DNA of 64,000 nt, taken from Octopus vulgaris (Eukaryota). Location: contig OX597833.1 in assembly GCA_951406725.2 (NCBI GenBank), positions 12,710,001 through 12,774,000 on the forward strand. The letters run 5' to 3'. This document shows, piece by piece, positions 1 through 13,569 of this stretch (positions are counted from its first letter, which is position 1; each line of letters opens with the position of its first letter). Under the pieces are notes generated by a model that had not been told where the DNA came from, did no database searches, and saw nothing but the letters and a program-made list of their open reading frames with translations. The translations under genes were made by a program, and so were the position numbers.

Positions 1-153
1 AAAATAAATAACTTTAAATTAAAATAAGATATATATGTATGAATGATTATATATATATATATATATATGTAATATGAGGGAATATTATTCCAAACTTACA
101 GGGAAAAATTCAATTTAGAAATACTAAATCAAATTTCACAAAATTTTTTTATA

Positions 154-188
<35 letters not shown>

Positions 189-269
189 GAGGGAATATTA
201 TTCCAAACTTACAGGGAAAAATTCAATTTAGAAATACTAAATCAAATTTCACAAAATTTTTTTCTAATT

Positions 270-332
<63 letters not shown>

Positions 333-1992
333 GGACAGATAAGAGAACTAAATAACAGGGAGGAAGAAGAGAGAAACAGGGTAAAAGACAAAGAGAGGTA
401 AAAGGAAAGAATACTATATTAATTAGAGAAAAATTAGAGAGAGAAAGAGTGAGTGCTTGAAATCTCGAGGTTAATAAGCAGAGGTTATTCTAAGTCTTGG
501 TTTTTAGTGTCTTGGTTGCTTTAGAGGATTCCCTCCTCTCATTCACAATGTCATTTTAAAACCTTACTCATGAAGGTCTAGAGTGATTTAACAAAGGTTA
601 TTGCTTTAATTAAAATTAAATTTCACACAATAATCTAATGATATGCTTGTTTTAATTTCACGGGGTTCTTGCTGTTTTGCATGAGCAAGTCCAATAACCC
701 AGTCTTTAGGAATGTGACAGTGTTAATGATACAGTAATTACTTCTAAAACACAAAGTCAGAAGTTTGGGAGGGAGTTAGCCGATTAAATTTGACTGATGC
801 TATATATAATGAAAAGAGAAAGTTGATTTTATGGGGATTGGAAGTCAGAGCGTGAAAACCCAGAACGAATACCACATGACATCTTGTCTGATGTTTTAAC
901 GGCTCTTCCAATTGGCTGCCCTAAAATTTTGTGGGTAGGAGTTTCATTGCCAAGATTGACTCTAGTACTAGACTGGTACTCTATTTTATCAGTGCCAGAA
1001 GGATAAAGGGCAAAGCTGACCAGTGTGTTTTGAATTTGGAATGTAAAGAGCTGAAGCAAATTTCACAAGGGACTTTGTTTGACACTCTACTGCCTTTGCC
1101 ATTGCATCACCTTTAAATAATTTGTAATGTAACCTTAAGGAATGCAATTTTGAGAAGAGGGACAGTCAATACCTATTTCTTTACTACCCACAAGGGGCAA
1201 AACACAGAGGAGACAGACGGATAAAGTCGATTATATTGACCCCAGTGCGTAACTGGTACTTAATTTATTGACCCCGAAAGGATGAAAGGCAAAGTCGACC
1301 TTGGCGGAATTTGAACTCAGAACTTAACAGCAGACGAAAAACGGCTACGCATTTCGCCCGGCGTGCTAATGTTTCTACCAGCTTGCTGCCTACTGACTCC
1401 AGTACTTGATTGGTACTTTATTTTATCAAACCTGGAGGGATTAAAGGCAAAATTGACCCTGGTTGGATTCAAAATCAAAACATAAAGAACAGGATCAAAT
1501 ATTACAAGACAATTTTCCAGTGCCCTAATGATTGTCCAATGCTCTAACCCTTGTCATAAAAATAATAAAAATTTCAGATTTTGGTACAAGGCCAATAATT
1601 TTGAATGGTATAGGACTTGATTGGTACTTTATTTTTATCATCCCCTTGAGGATAAAAGGCAAAGTTGACCTTGGTGGCAGAAGGAATACCTATTTCTATT
1701 TCTTTATTACCCACAAGGGGCTAAACACAGAGGGGACAAACAAGGACAGACATAGGTATTAAGTCGATTACATCGACCCCAGTGCGTAACTGGTACTTAA
1801 TTTATCGACCCCGAAAGGATGAAAGGCAAAGTCGACCTCAGCGGAATTTGAACTCACAACGTTGCGCCAGACGAAATACCGCTAAGCATTTCGCCCGGCA
1901 CGCTAACGTTTCTGCCAGCTCGCCGCAGAAGGAATACCACTTAGTGTTTTGTCTGGCATGAGTATAATTCTACAAGCTCACCACCTTTTCTA

Positions 1993-2374
1993 ACTCTTTA
2001 CTCCTTTACTTGTTTCAGTCATTTGACTGCGGCCATGCTGGAGCACCGCCTTTTAGTCGAGCAAATCGACACCAGGACTTATTCTTTGTAAGCCCAGTAC
2101 TTATTCTATTGGTCTCCCTTGCCGAACCGCCAAGTAACGGGGACGCAAACACACCAGCATCGGTTGTCAAGCAATGCTAGGGAGACAAACACAGACACAC
2201 AAACACATATACGACAGGCTTCTTTCAGTTTCCGTCTACCAAATCCACTCACAAGGCATTGGTCGGCCCAGGGCTATAGCAGAAGATACTTGCCCAAGAT
2301 GCCAGGCAGTGGGACTGAACCCGGAACCATGTGGTTGGTTAGCAAGCTACTTACCACACAGCCACTCCTGCACC
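1993..2374 (-). mobile_element. Abundant tRNA/CORE-like SINE ('family A') copy
   Basis: Head GGAGTGGCTGTGTGGTAAG..GGTTCAGTCCC, CORE-like CTTGGGCAAGT, internal TA/TG microsatellite, and tail ..GACTGAAACAAGTAAAAGAGT. Confidence 0.85.
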
Positions 2375-3328
2375 TGTTTCAAATTTTGGCACAAGACCAG
2401 CAATTTTAGGAGTTTTGATGATTATATTGACACTAAAAGGATGATGGGTAAACTTGGCCTCCACAGAATCTGAACCAATTCTCTAATCTGCCATCTCTTT
2501 CTACCATGGGCACAACATCACAGCTGCTTATATGAAAGATGCATTTGATTAAATTAACTCCAATATGTCATTGGTACTTTGTAATTATTTTATCAACTTC
2601 TGAAATAAAGAAGATAAAATTCACCTTGTAAAAGGATAAAAACCAAACACCATATTCAGTAGAATGATGTCATAATAATGGCTTCTGATGTAGGTATAAG
2701 GTCAGAAATTTGGAGGGGACCACTGACTCTAGTATTTGGCTGGTATTTTATTTTATTGGCCATGAAAGTATGAAAGGCAAATTGGCAAAATTGGCCATGA
2801 AAGGTGACCTTGTCGAAATTAGCTTTGTCTTTCATCCTTTTGGAATCAAAATAAAATATCAAGTTCTGAGGTTGACAATATTGAATAACCCCACCCCTCG
2901 AAATTGTAACGAGAAGAGGAAATTTTTTCAATACTATTGACCATAGGACTTTATTGATACTATTTTATCAAAAGGCTGCTATGGTCAACTTGGCTTTTCA
3001 TCCTTTAGTGGTGGGGGTCAACAAAGGAAGTACTGAAGTCATTATAATTAACTGAACTCCTCCAAAATATTGGGACTTGTGTCTAAGGTAGAAAAGATTA
3101 CATTTATTTATTTATTTATTTTTCTAAGGAACTCAGAGGGTTGCAATGCAAAATCAACACTGGTAGTGTTTGAACTCAGATAACAGAGCGACAAAACTAA
3201 ATTCAGCACTCTACTGATTCTGCAACAACAACAACAATTTCTAAGTCTGAATAGGAAAGGACTTATCTATAGCCAGAGAGAGAGATCTTGTAGGAGATTG
3301 TGGGTGAGTGTAGGTGTACATGTGCAAG

Positions 3329-3367
<39 letters not shown>

Positions 3368-3423
3368 GAGAGAGTGTAACTGATGGGAACCTGGAAATGT
3401 TAAAGACATGCATTGCAGGAATA

Positions 3424-3808
3424 GGTGGAGGTGCAATGGCCCAGTGGTTAGGGCAGCGGACTCGCGGTCATAGGATCGCGGTTTCGATTCCCAGACCGGG
3501 CGTTGTGAGTGTTTGAGCGAAAACACCAAAAGCTCCACGAGGCTCCGGCAGGGGATGGTGGTGATCCCTGCTGTACTCTTTCACCACAACTTTCTCTCAC
3601 TCTTACTTCCTGTTTCTGTTGTACCTGTATTTCAAGGGGCCGGCCTTGTCACTCTCTGTGTCACGCTGAATATCCCCGAGAACTACGTTAAGGGTACACA
3701 TGTCTGTGGAGTGCTCAGCCACTTACACGTTAATTTCACGAGCAGGCTGTTCCGTTGATTCGGATCAACCGGAACCCTCGTCGTCGTAACCGACGGAGTG
3801 CTTCCATC
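3424..3808 (+). mobile_element. tRNA(Arg-like)-derived SINE, full length
   Basis: A box TGGCCCAGTGG and B box GTTTCGATTCC. Head is shared with 61072 and tail with 52702 and 25020. Resembles described octopus tRNA-Arg SINEs (not verified). Confidence 0.8.
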
Positions 3809-4201
3809 CAGGAATAGACGGAGACGGAAAAGAAGGTTCCAGAAAAACAGGGGTTCCTGGGATGAAGAAGAACTTAAGTCCGGAAAAAACCCCAGCAAAG
3901 ATGATAGGAAAAAGAAAATGTAGAGCACAATAGATGGGTTACAAAAAAAAAAAAAATAGAAGTAGGGTGCTGGCATTGAGAAGAACAGGGTCCGTTTGAG
4001 GTAACAGGTTTAGGGCAAAAGAAAACAACATGAGGAGGGACTAAGAATGAAAGATCTTTTGATAAAGGAGAAGATTTTACTGAACAGACTGGTAGCTGCT
4101 TAAAATACCTATGTAAGTGTGTATGTGTGTTTATATATATATAAACATATATATATGTGTGTGTATATATATATGTACATATATGTGTATATATATATGT
4201 G

Positions 4202-4232
<31 letters not shown>

Positions 4233-4289
4233 GTATATATGTATGTATATATATGTGTGTATATATATGTATGTATATATGTATGTGTA

Positions 4290-4327
<38 letters not shown>

Positions 4328-4625
4328 TATGTATATATATGTATATGTATGTTTATGTGTGTATATATATATATAATGCTGGATACCAGTAATTGAAGGT
4401 GAAGTCCCAGCCTAGATGTGAGAGAAGTTATTATACAATGGTAGTTATGTTTTGGTAGAATAAGAGAAAAGGTTCCCCAAAGTAAGATACAAAGAGGTGT
4501 TAAAAAGGGAGGCACTGTTGAGAGAGAAGGGGTCAGTTGAAATGGAGGAGGATGAGAAGAAAGGGGGAGGAGTATTTTTCGGTTAGAATTTCAGAAGCTA
4601 TTGAAAAAAAAAATATCGCCTTGAT

Positions 4626-7600
4626 TTACGTCTCCATATCAGAGACATCTTCAGCAGACGAAATTAGTGGATGTCTTCTGAAATAATTAGTGGCAAGTTT
4701 CTTTGCTATTTCTTTGGCATTTTCTGCGTTGCTATTGGATTGCTTTACAAATCGCTGAGTGAGTAATTTCGCAACCATTTTAAAGAGTTCTCGTGAGGCA
4801 AATTTGCCGTTTTTGTAGTAAGGATTTAAATAATGGACAATAAGATTGGCAGCTTTCTTCATCTCGTGACTGTTGGGGTTGGTACTTCCTGTATTATTGC
4901 TAGAGCTACAAGACGAATTCTTCTGCACGTTGGCACCGCATTCTTCCTCTTGCACAATTACCTTATGACTTGAATCTGTATTGCTTGTGTTTTCTTCGAA
5001 TCTTACTCCGCTTGACTTTTTCTTCTCCTGTCTCACCACCTCCATCCAGCTGTCGTCTGGTGGTGGAATTACAGAACTTCTCTCAACAATTACCGCTTCT
5101 GTCGTAGAATCAGGAAATAAAGCACCGTTTTCTTTCTGTTTCTGATTAACGTTTGCAGAATTAGTTTTGTTTGTGGCTTCATTAGTTGGTTCGTCCCACC
5201 GACTTTGTCTTCGTCTAGATTTACTTTTGGGGACATCTGATGTCCCTTGGTGATCAAAGACTATCACTTTTTTATGAAACTCCTTCGGTTTCATACACCC
5301 TTCCAGTTCTTTTCCCTTTTTCTCTTCGCTACTGGACATTTTCTCTTCAATGGATGAAATCACATTCTGGAGATGGCTACTTTCGGTTTTCCTGCGTTTG
5401 TGTTTATGTTTTAGAGGATCCTTTTCCTGAATTTTATGTTTGTTGACTTTATAAGATGACGGTGATGATAATGATGGTGATGGTGATGACGCGACAAATT
5501 CTGTTTCCATGACAACAGTTTTATTTTCCTTTACCTTAGAACTATGAGAATCTCTGGTTAGATTTTCATCCGGTAGTTTTTTGTGCTTACTCCTTTTCTC
5601 ACTGCTAGATCGTTTTTCTGATCTTTTCTCCTTCTTTGTTCTTGATGGGGATTTGGTGGGGCTCACAGATTCCTCTAACTTTCTGTTAAAACAATCTTTT
5701 TTGATCACTAATTCAGGACTATTTCCCAGAACCTTCTCAGTAGCTTTATCCTCTTCATCGGACGTCAGACCTGTGCTATGAAAATCTTCATCAAATCTTT
5801 TATCTTTTTTGACTAACCCTAACTCTGAAACTTTTGTGGCTTTTTCAAGCTTTTCATGAAAATTATCCTCTTTCTTAAATACTGGAACAGGACTTTTTAC
5901 AAGAACTGCCTCTGTAATCTTATCATCTTCATCAGAAGTCAAACCCGTGCTACTGAAATCTTCCTCTCCTCTTTTAGTGTGCTTAGCTTTTGTTGATGAC
6001 TTTTGAACATGTTTTTCTGACTTTCTGTGAAAAGGCTCCCCATGCTTACCAATAGATGACGCAAGTTTCTTCACTGGGACACTTTTAGTATTTTCATCCT
6101 CATCAGATATCAAACTAATACTGTTTGATAACTTACCAGGTATTTTGCTGGAACTTTCTTTCTTTTCATCCTTAAGTATTTTAGCTGCAGTTTTAGAAGA
6201 CGTTTTAGAAGAACTAGCTTTAGAAGAATCGGCTGACTTTTTAGAAGGGGAGGAGGAAGAATGTTTGTGTTTACTTGGTTTCTTGGAAGTTTTGGGACTT
6301 TCTGAAGAATTTAAAGCCTCTTGAAATGAATTATTGAAATTTTCTGCTGAGCTGGAAGAGTTGGTACCTTTACTGTCATTTTTCTTTGAATGCTTTGAAG
6401 AGGATTTTTTGAATTTAGAAAACTGCTTCGAAGACCGGCTTAGAACTGAATTAAGAGGTGTGAAAAGAGCTAGCTCAACCTCTTCATCCTCATCTGTAGT
6501 GGTAAGGCCAGTGGACTCAGGATCATCAAACAGCAGAGGTGATTCTGCCTGGTTTTCCTCTTCCAGTTCACTAATTTCTTCTTCCATTTGTTCATCCTCG
6601 TTAGCGGCTGTATAATGGGAATCTGATTCCTCTTCATCTGAATTTGGAACTGTTAAACATGATGTCAATTCATTCTGTCGAGTATCTACCGTGTTTTTAT
6701 CTTTCTCTTTTCTTGGGGTACTACCACGATGCTTCTGCTCATCTGAACTACTTGTGTCTTTTGCTAATATTTTCTTGTTCTTAACTGGGCCCTTTCTATC
6801 TTCATCTGAGCTGATTCCACTAGAGTCCGGGGCCCAAAGGGGTTTTAAGCTTGAATGAAGGTTTTTACATTCAGTGAGTTTTTTAATCTCAAATTCTTTC
6901 TTAAAAATACCAGCTTTGTAAAGATTTGCAAACTTGCTGGCCTTAAACACTTCAAATTCCAAATCTGCACAACAAATTGGAACTTGAAATTCTCCATCCC
7001 TTAACTTATGAGGGACATCTGCAAAATACTTATTAAAGTTGTTGCACAATGCAGATTTCAATTTCTCAAAACAGTACATCCGGATTTGAAAGTTTAGTCG
7101 TGGAATTCTGTCACTTGAAGGATCTCGGAGTGGACAGTCAGCAGGAATGACTGGTGTGTCATCTTCCTCTTCCTGTACAATAGATGGAGCAGGTTTACGT
7201 CTTTTTAATTCATTCAATATAAGATTCTTACGTTGGCTTCTGTTATTGTCATTCTCATCGTCAGAATTTTCATCACTGTCTTCTTCGCCATAGTAGTCTT
7301 TGGAATCCTTCTGCTGACCAAGCCGTCCACCACCATAAAGCTCTACATCTGGTTCCGTTGGTTCCTTGACCATTCTTGTACTTCCATATTCATTTCGACA
7401 CCACTTCCCGTAACTACCCTGCAGAAGGTTCTGCACTTGTTTGTCAGCATACTTTGCATTTTTACAATAATCACATTGCTTCTGGCAGTTTGGTTTTTCA
7501 TCACCAAAATACTCTGCTATCACACGGTGCCGACAACGTGGTAGTTCACAGTACTTAACCATTATCTCAAAGTTAGTCTCTGCTGATTTTCTCATGCAAT

Positions 7601-7882
7601 TTTCTTGGTTGCGGGCATTCCTCTTAGTTGCTTCTTGCTTCAGGAGGAAAGATATAGCATCTCGGTCACGGCGAGAGTAATAGAGACAGCAATAAGAAGG
7701 CTGGCCATCACGACCGGCTCGGCCAGACTCTTGGTAATAACCAGACATGGTCTTTGGTAAGGTCCAGTGGACAACTAAACGGACATTGTGTTTATCAATA
7801 CCCATGCCAAAACTGATGGTAGCTGTAATCAATGGGATGCGGCCTTCCATCCAGTCAATTTGGATCTGCAGTCGGTCAACCT
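4626..7882 (-). CDS. RECQL5: RECQL5 terminal coding exon 3 (motifs V-VI, RQC Zn site, KIX/IRI, long linker, SRI)
   Basis: Acceptor TATTTCAG at 7883-7890 is in phase with exon 2 (G+AG = Glu). Encodes ATISFGMGIDK, YYQESGRAGRDG and C-RCRH-YFG-C-CDYC. RIPRLNFQIRMYCFEKLKSAL resembles the RECQL5 KIX region; AANLIVHYLNPYYKNGKFASRELFK is the RECQL5-type SRI domain. Stop at 4626-4628. Confidence 0.95.
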
Positions 7883-8499
7883 CTGAAATACAATACAATA
7901 AATTATATTAAAAACATGTAATGTGATAAACAAGTTCTGATGGAAGTAGCAAGTGCTCTAGGGAAGAAGCATAAATATTAATTTCAAATTTTGACATAAG
8001 GCCATCAATTTCAGGGGAGGGGGTAAGTTAATTACATCTACATCAATGCTCAGCTGGTAATTCCTCCTCCCCCTCATCATCATCATCGTTTAACGTCCGC
8101 TTTCCATGCTAGCATGGGTTGGACGGTTTGACTGAGGGCTAGCGAACCAGATGGCTGCACCAGGCTCCAGTCTTGATCTGGCAGAGTTTCTACAGCTGGA
8201 CGCTCTTCCTAACGCCAACCACTCCAAGAGTGTAATGGGTGCTTTTATGTGCCACCGGCACGGGGGCCAGTCAGGTGGTACTGGCAACGACCTCGCTCGA
8301 ATCTTTTTACACATGCCAACGGCACAGGTGCCAGTAAGGCGATGCTGGTAACAATCCTGCTCGAATGGTTCCTCTTACATTCCACCAGCACGGAAGCCAG
8401 TTAATTATTTTATTGATATCCAAAAGGACAAAAGGCAAAGTCACTCTCAGCTGGAAGTTTGACCACATGGTCACAGGCTCAAATCCTACTTCAGCCATT

Positions 8500-9140
8500 G
8501 TGTTCTGTCTCTGAACATGGAGGACGTTAGTGAGTTTGTCTATCTTGGCAGCAAGATCAGCAAATCAGGTGGATCAGACGAGGACATCACAGCAAGAAGC
8601 AAGAAGGCTTGGCAAGCCTTCGCTATTCTTTGGCCAGTATGGAAGTCCACTGCCATCTCAACTAGAACTAAACTCCGTTTATTTAGTTCAAACGTAAAAT
8701 CCATGCTTTTGTATGGCTCTGAAACATGGAGAGCCACCTGCAGCAACTACAAGAAGGTCCAGACCTTCATCAACAAATGTCTCCGACAGATCCTCCATCT
8801 GAAGTGGTTCGACAGAGTGCCAAACACCGATCTGTGGGAAAGGGCCAACCAGGAGCCCATACCTGTTCAGATTAGACGAAGGAAATGGAGATGGATCGGG
8901 GACGCACTGCGGAAAGGACCTTCAAATGTGACACGAAAAGCACTTGACTGGAACCTGCAGGGGAAAAGGAAGTGAGGACGCCCGAAGCAGACATGGAAGT
9001 GGAGCATTTTGGACGAGCTCAGGACCACCGGCCTGACATGGGAAGCAGCCAAGAAACACGCCAATGACTGCAAAAAGTGGAAAACAACTGTTGAGGCCCT
9101 ATGCTCCACAAGGGGCAAAAAGGATTAAGAAAAAGAAGAA
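8500..9140 (+). mobile_element. 5'-truncated RTE-clade LINE 3' end, antisense in RECQL5 intron 2
   Basis: FVYLGS, TKLRLFSSNVKSMLLYGSETW, RRRKWRWIG and GKRK*GRPKQTW (in-frame stop), followed by a short GAA tail. Confidence 0.9.
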
Positions 9141-9619
9141 GTTGGGCAATTAGTGGCATAACAGGAGTCCAGCTGTAAAACCTCAAGAAGGCCTCAATAT
9201 GGTTGCTTGACTTGTTAGAAAGAGAAGCCAAATTCTCTTCAAACTACACATATCTTGGTAAAAAGGACACATTAGATGCTATACTCTTAGGTATACTATA
9301 ACTGGAAGTATAACAGAATGGTCATAGCTGCTTGAGTAGAGTGCTGACCTGCCTGGGACTAAGCAACAACAGATGGCCGAATGTAAAAGCATTCTGCATA
9401 GGCCAGCAAGGAAAAAGAAATGGCTGCTCCAGTATGGCAATAGCCTTGGGGCTGGAACATGTAAAACAGTAATTGAATAGTAAAAAAACAAAGAAAAGCT
9501 TGAAAAGGAAAATAAAGAAACAAAACATGCAGAGAAATGTGCAAAAAAAATGTGCCAGATTCTGTTGGCATGGAAACGAAAACATCCAGTTGAAGATTTG
9601 AAAAAGTGTACAAAGTTAC

Positions 9620-10384
9620 CTCGGAGTCCAGCATGATAAGCTTTCGTAGGAATCCCACTCTTTTGAAATCGAACAGCTAGTTCATCACACGTGTCTCTAG
9701 TACGGCAATATATAATGCCGGCACCATTGTCGTTCCAGCTGTTGTTATCAGGGGGTTCACCAAACTTTGCACATACATAATCCAGGACATCTTTGAAGGG
9801 ATCATCCAACGTTTCTTTCATTCTTACTTCATAGAACAAATTTGGGCGGAAACAACTAGTTTTGAAAGACGCATAAGGTTTGCGGAGAGCCAGAGATTTT
9901 ACAATGTCCTTTGTCACTTGCGCCGTTGCAGTAGCAGTTAGTGCAATGCAGGGAACATTAGGGATTTTATTGGCCCTTAACTGGCCAAGTTTAAGGTAAT
10001 CTGGACGAAAGTCATGGCCCCACTGTGATACACAATGGGCTTCATCAATAATGAAATAGTTCAAGAGGTCAGCATGGTTGAGGCTGTAGAGATGTTGTTG
10101 GAGAAAGGCCGTGGAAGCTTGCTCAGGAGTGATGTAGAGGAAACGGGTTTTTGGCTTTGGTCGGTTAAGGTCAGTTGTGATGCGGTTTCTCTCGGTCATG
10201 GTCTGTTTAGAGTTGATAGTAACAGCACGGATTCCGATGTTGCGCAAATGGTCAATTTGGTCTTCGATGAGAGCCAGCAGTGGAGAAACCACCACGGAAA
10301 TCCCGGGTTTGTACATGCCAGGTAGCTGGAAACACAGTGATTTGCCAGATCCTGTGGGCATGGAAATGAAAACATCTTGTTTTC
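9620..10384 (-). CDS. RECQL5: RECQL5 coding exon 2 (helicase motifs I-IVa)
   Basis: Polypyrimidine + CCAG acceptor at 10385-10387. Encodes Walker A MPTGSGKS, IIDEAHCVSQWGHDFRPDY, ALTATA, RPNLFYEV, GIIYCRTR and YHAGLR. Donor G|GTAACT at 9619, after which the ORF loses similarity. Confidence 0.95.
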
Positions 10385-10446
10385 CTGGAAAAAAAAAAAG
10401 AAAAATAATAATAATTATTATAATTATTATTATTATTATTATTATT

Positions 10447-10509
<63 letters not shown>

Positions 10510-10520
10510 TAATAATAATG

Positions 10521-10567
<47 letters not shown>

Positions 10568-10730
10568 TAATAATAATAATAATAATAATAGTAGTAGTAG
10601 TAGTAGTAGTCAAGACAAAGAGTGTGATTCGATTGTAAGATATTTTATTAGTTGAGCGATATTTCAACAGTACGTCTGTCTTTGTCAAGTTCAAAATAAG
10701 AAGTGATAAAAATTCAAAATTACAGAAATT

Positions 10731-10938
10731 ACTCTTTTACTTGTTTCAGTCATTTGACTGCGGCCATGCTGGAGCACCGCCTTTAATCAAGCAACTCGAC
10801 CCCGGGACTTATTCTTTGTAAGCCCAGTACTTATTCTATTGGTCTCTTTTGCCGAACCGCTAAGTAACGGGGACATAAACACACCAGCATCGGTTGTCAA
10901 GCAATGCTAGAGGGACAAACACAGACTCACAAACACGC

Positions 10939-10969
<31 letters not shown>

Positions 10970-11446
10970 TACGACAGGCTTCTTTCAGTTTCCGTCTACC
11001 AAATCCACTCACAAGGCTTTGTTCGGCCTGAAGCTATAGTAGAAGACACTTGCCCAAGGTGCCACGCAGTGGGACTGAACCCGGAACCATGTGGTTGGTA
11101 AACAAGCTACTTACTACACAATATTCTTTTGCTTGTTTCAGTCATTTGACTGTGGCCGTGCTGGAGCACATGCTTTAGTCGAACAAATTGACCCCAGGAC
11201 TTATTCTATAGGTCTCTTTTGCTAAACTGGTAAGTTACCCGGATGTGAACACACCAACATCGGTTCTCAAGCGATGGTGGGAGGACAAACACACACACAT
11301 CATCATCATCATATATATATATGATGAGCTTCTTCCAGTTCCCGTCTACCAAGACTATAGAAGACACTTGCCCAAGGTGCCATGCAGTGGGACTGAATCC
11401 GGAACCATGTGGTAAGCAAGCTACTGACCACACAGCCACTCCTGCA
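10731..11446 (-). mobile_element. Two adjacent family A SINE copies in RECQL5 intron 1
   Basis: Alignable to 1993-2374; the second copy is internally deleted. Confidence 0.85.
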
Positions 11447-11459
11447 CTTATGTATATTC

Positions 11460-11505
<46 letters not shown>

Positions 11506-11788
11506 CTCATGTGAACATTATGCTATTGTATAATTTCCTATTTCACTATTTTGTATATATCTCCTCAGGTCAAATGAGAAATGAGAATATTTGTAATACT
11601 TGTTTCGAATTTCAGTACAAGGCCAGTAATCTTAGGGGAAATTTTAAAATGATTACATCAATCCCAGTGATTGACTGGTACTTATTTTGACTGGTAACAG
11701 CTTCCATTTATGCTATATCTTCCACATAATGGAACTACAGAAGCGGCAGCACGTAAAAACCACCATTTGAGCATGGCCATTGCCAGTA

Positions 11789-12335
11789 CCTATTTCTTTA
11801 CTACCCACAGGGGGCTAAACACAGAGGGGAAAAACAAGGACAAAAATAGGTATTAAGTCGATTATATCGACGCCAGTGCGTAACTGGTACTTAATTTATC
11901 GACCCCGAAAGGATGAAAGGCAAAGTCAACCTCAGCGGAATTTGAACTCACAACGTTGCGCCAGACGAAATACCTGTTTCTTTATTACCCACAAGGGGCT
12001 AAACACAGAAGGGACAAACAAGGACAGACATAGGTATTAAGTCGATTACATCGACCCCAGTGCGTAACTGGTACTTAATTTATCGACCCCGAAAGGATGA
12101 AAGGCAAAGTCGACCTCAGCGGAATTTGAACTCACAACGTTGCGCCAGACGAAATACCTATTTCTTTACTACCCACAAGGGGCTAAACACAGAGGGGACA
12201 AACAAGGACAGAAATAGGTATTAAGTCGATTACATCGACGCCAGTGCGTAACTGGTACTTAATTTATCGACCCCGCCAGACGAAATGCCGCTAAGCATTT
12301 CGCCCGGCGTGCTAACGGTTCAGACAGCTTGCCAA
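11789..12335 (-). mobile_element. Tandem array of 'family B' SINE (Meta/MESC-like core), 184-bp period
   Basis: Units carry the B box GAGTTCAAATTCC and GCCTTTCATCCTTTCGGGGTCGATAAATTAAGTACC. Junctions at about 11974 and 12158. Confidence 0.85.
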
Positions 12336-13039
12336 TACCGCCTGACTGGCCCTTGTACAGGCGGCACATAAAAGCATCCACTACACGCCGTTCAAACCGA
12401 AAAGATCTAACGAAGGTTGACTGTATTCCTTTATAAAAATTCACAACTTTGTCTCAATGAAAAAAATCTTATCTCTTTATTATCACCATCACCACCACCA
12501 CCACCACACCTAATGTAACTTGAGCAACATAAAAAGCAATAGGCTACATGAATGTAGCATTCAGTTCTATCGTTCCCAGTATAGATCAAACTGGGATCAG
12601 CTTTAAGTGTAACTTCACCCTCCCAACTTCAAACGAGTAAAAACCATTCTTCCGATACAGCTTCACCACCACCGCCACTACCTCGACTCTAGGCCAGTGT
12701 AACCTTCTCAAAAGCTGATAACTTTTTTTTTACAAAGAGAAGAGGTTCTGTTATCGTAGCTTTCGTTATTCTTGAAATAGAACATGTAACAAAAAAGCTC
12801 GCCATCAGCTTGATGGATACGTGTGTGTGTGTGTGCGTGTTTATATTTGATTAAAAATGGCCTTAAACTGCTGTTGTTTTATACTGTATCTTTTTATGAC
12901 CCATAAGTTAGAGATTCGACAGACAAAATAAGTTCCAGTTTGTGTGTGTGTATACATACATATTTCTACTAGTTTCAGCTCGAGAGCCGTGGCCATGCTG
13001 GAGTGCTTGTTTTTCTACACACGTGTGTGTGTGTGTGTG

Positions 13040-13129
<90 letters not shown>

Positions 13130-13314
13130 CTCTTTTACTTGTTTCAGTCATTTGACTGCGGCCATGCTGGAGCACCGCCATTAGTCGAGCAAATCGACCC
13201 CGGGACTTATTCTTTGTAAGCCCAGTACTTATTCTATCGGTCTCTTTTCGCCAAACCGCTAAGTGACGGTTATATATATATTTATCAAAAGAAAAACAGG
13301 ATGCAGAGGGTTTA

Positions 13315-13398
13315 GCGGTACATATGTTTCTGGCTTTATTAGACAGTTTATATCAATGCATAATTGATGTAATATGTATAATAGCCTTCCTCAGCCGC
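13315..13398 (-). ncRNA. Type I hammerhead ribozyme motif (Penelope-type) in RECQL5 intron 1
   Basis: Minus strand reads GCGG-CUGAGGA-A-GGCU..(long hairpin)..AGCC-A-GAAA-CAUAUG-UA^CCGC. Stem I is GCGG/CCGC, stem III is palindromic ACAUAUGU, and the cleavage triplet is GUA. Confidence 0.7.
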
Positions 13399-13482
13399 GC
13401 ACAATTACCACACCAAAGACATGTATTACATTATAAGTTTGGGAAAAAGACGAGTTTCGTTGGGGATGCAAATCCTCATAGT

Positions 13483-13569
<87 letters not shown>

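Noticed and set aside
73-263. Duplicated ~78-bp unit that also occurs at about 61915
   Set aside because: This is an ordinary dispersed repeat fragment between TA tracts, with no further structure seen.
3424-3500. Functional tRNA gene
   Set aside because: It continues into a repeated SINE body and has imperfect stems, so it is treated as a SINE head.
6310-6335. SFQEAL as a RAD51-binding BRCv (FxxA) motif
   Set aside because: A four-residue match in a low-complexity linker cannot be supported without an alignment.
9279-9619. C-terminal part of the 360-aa ORF after YHAGLR
   Set aside because: Read-through into intron 2; helicase similarity resumes at 7882 after splicing.
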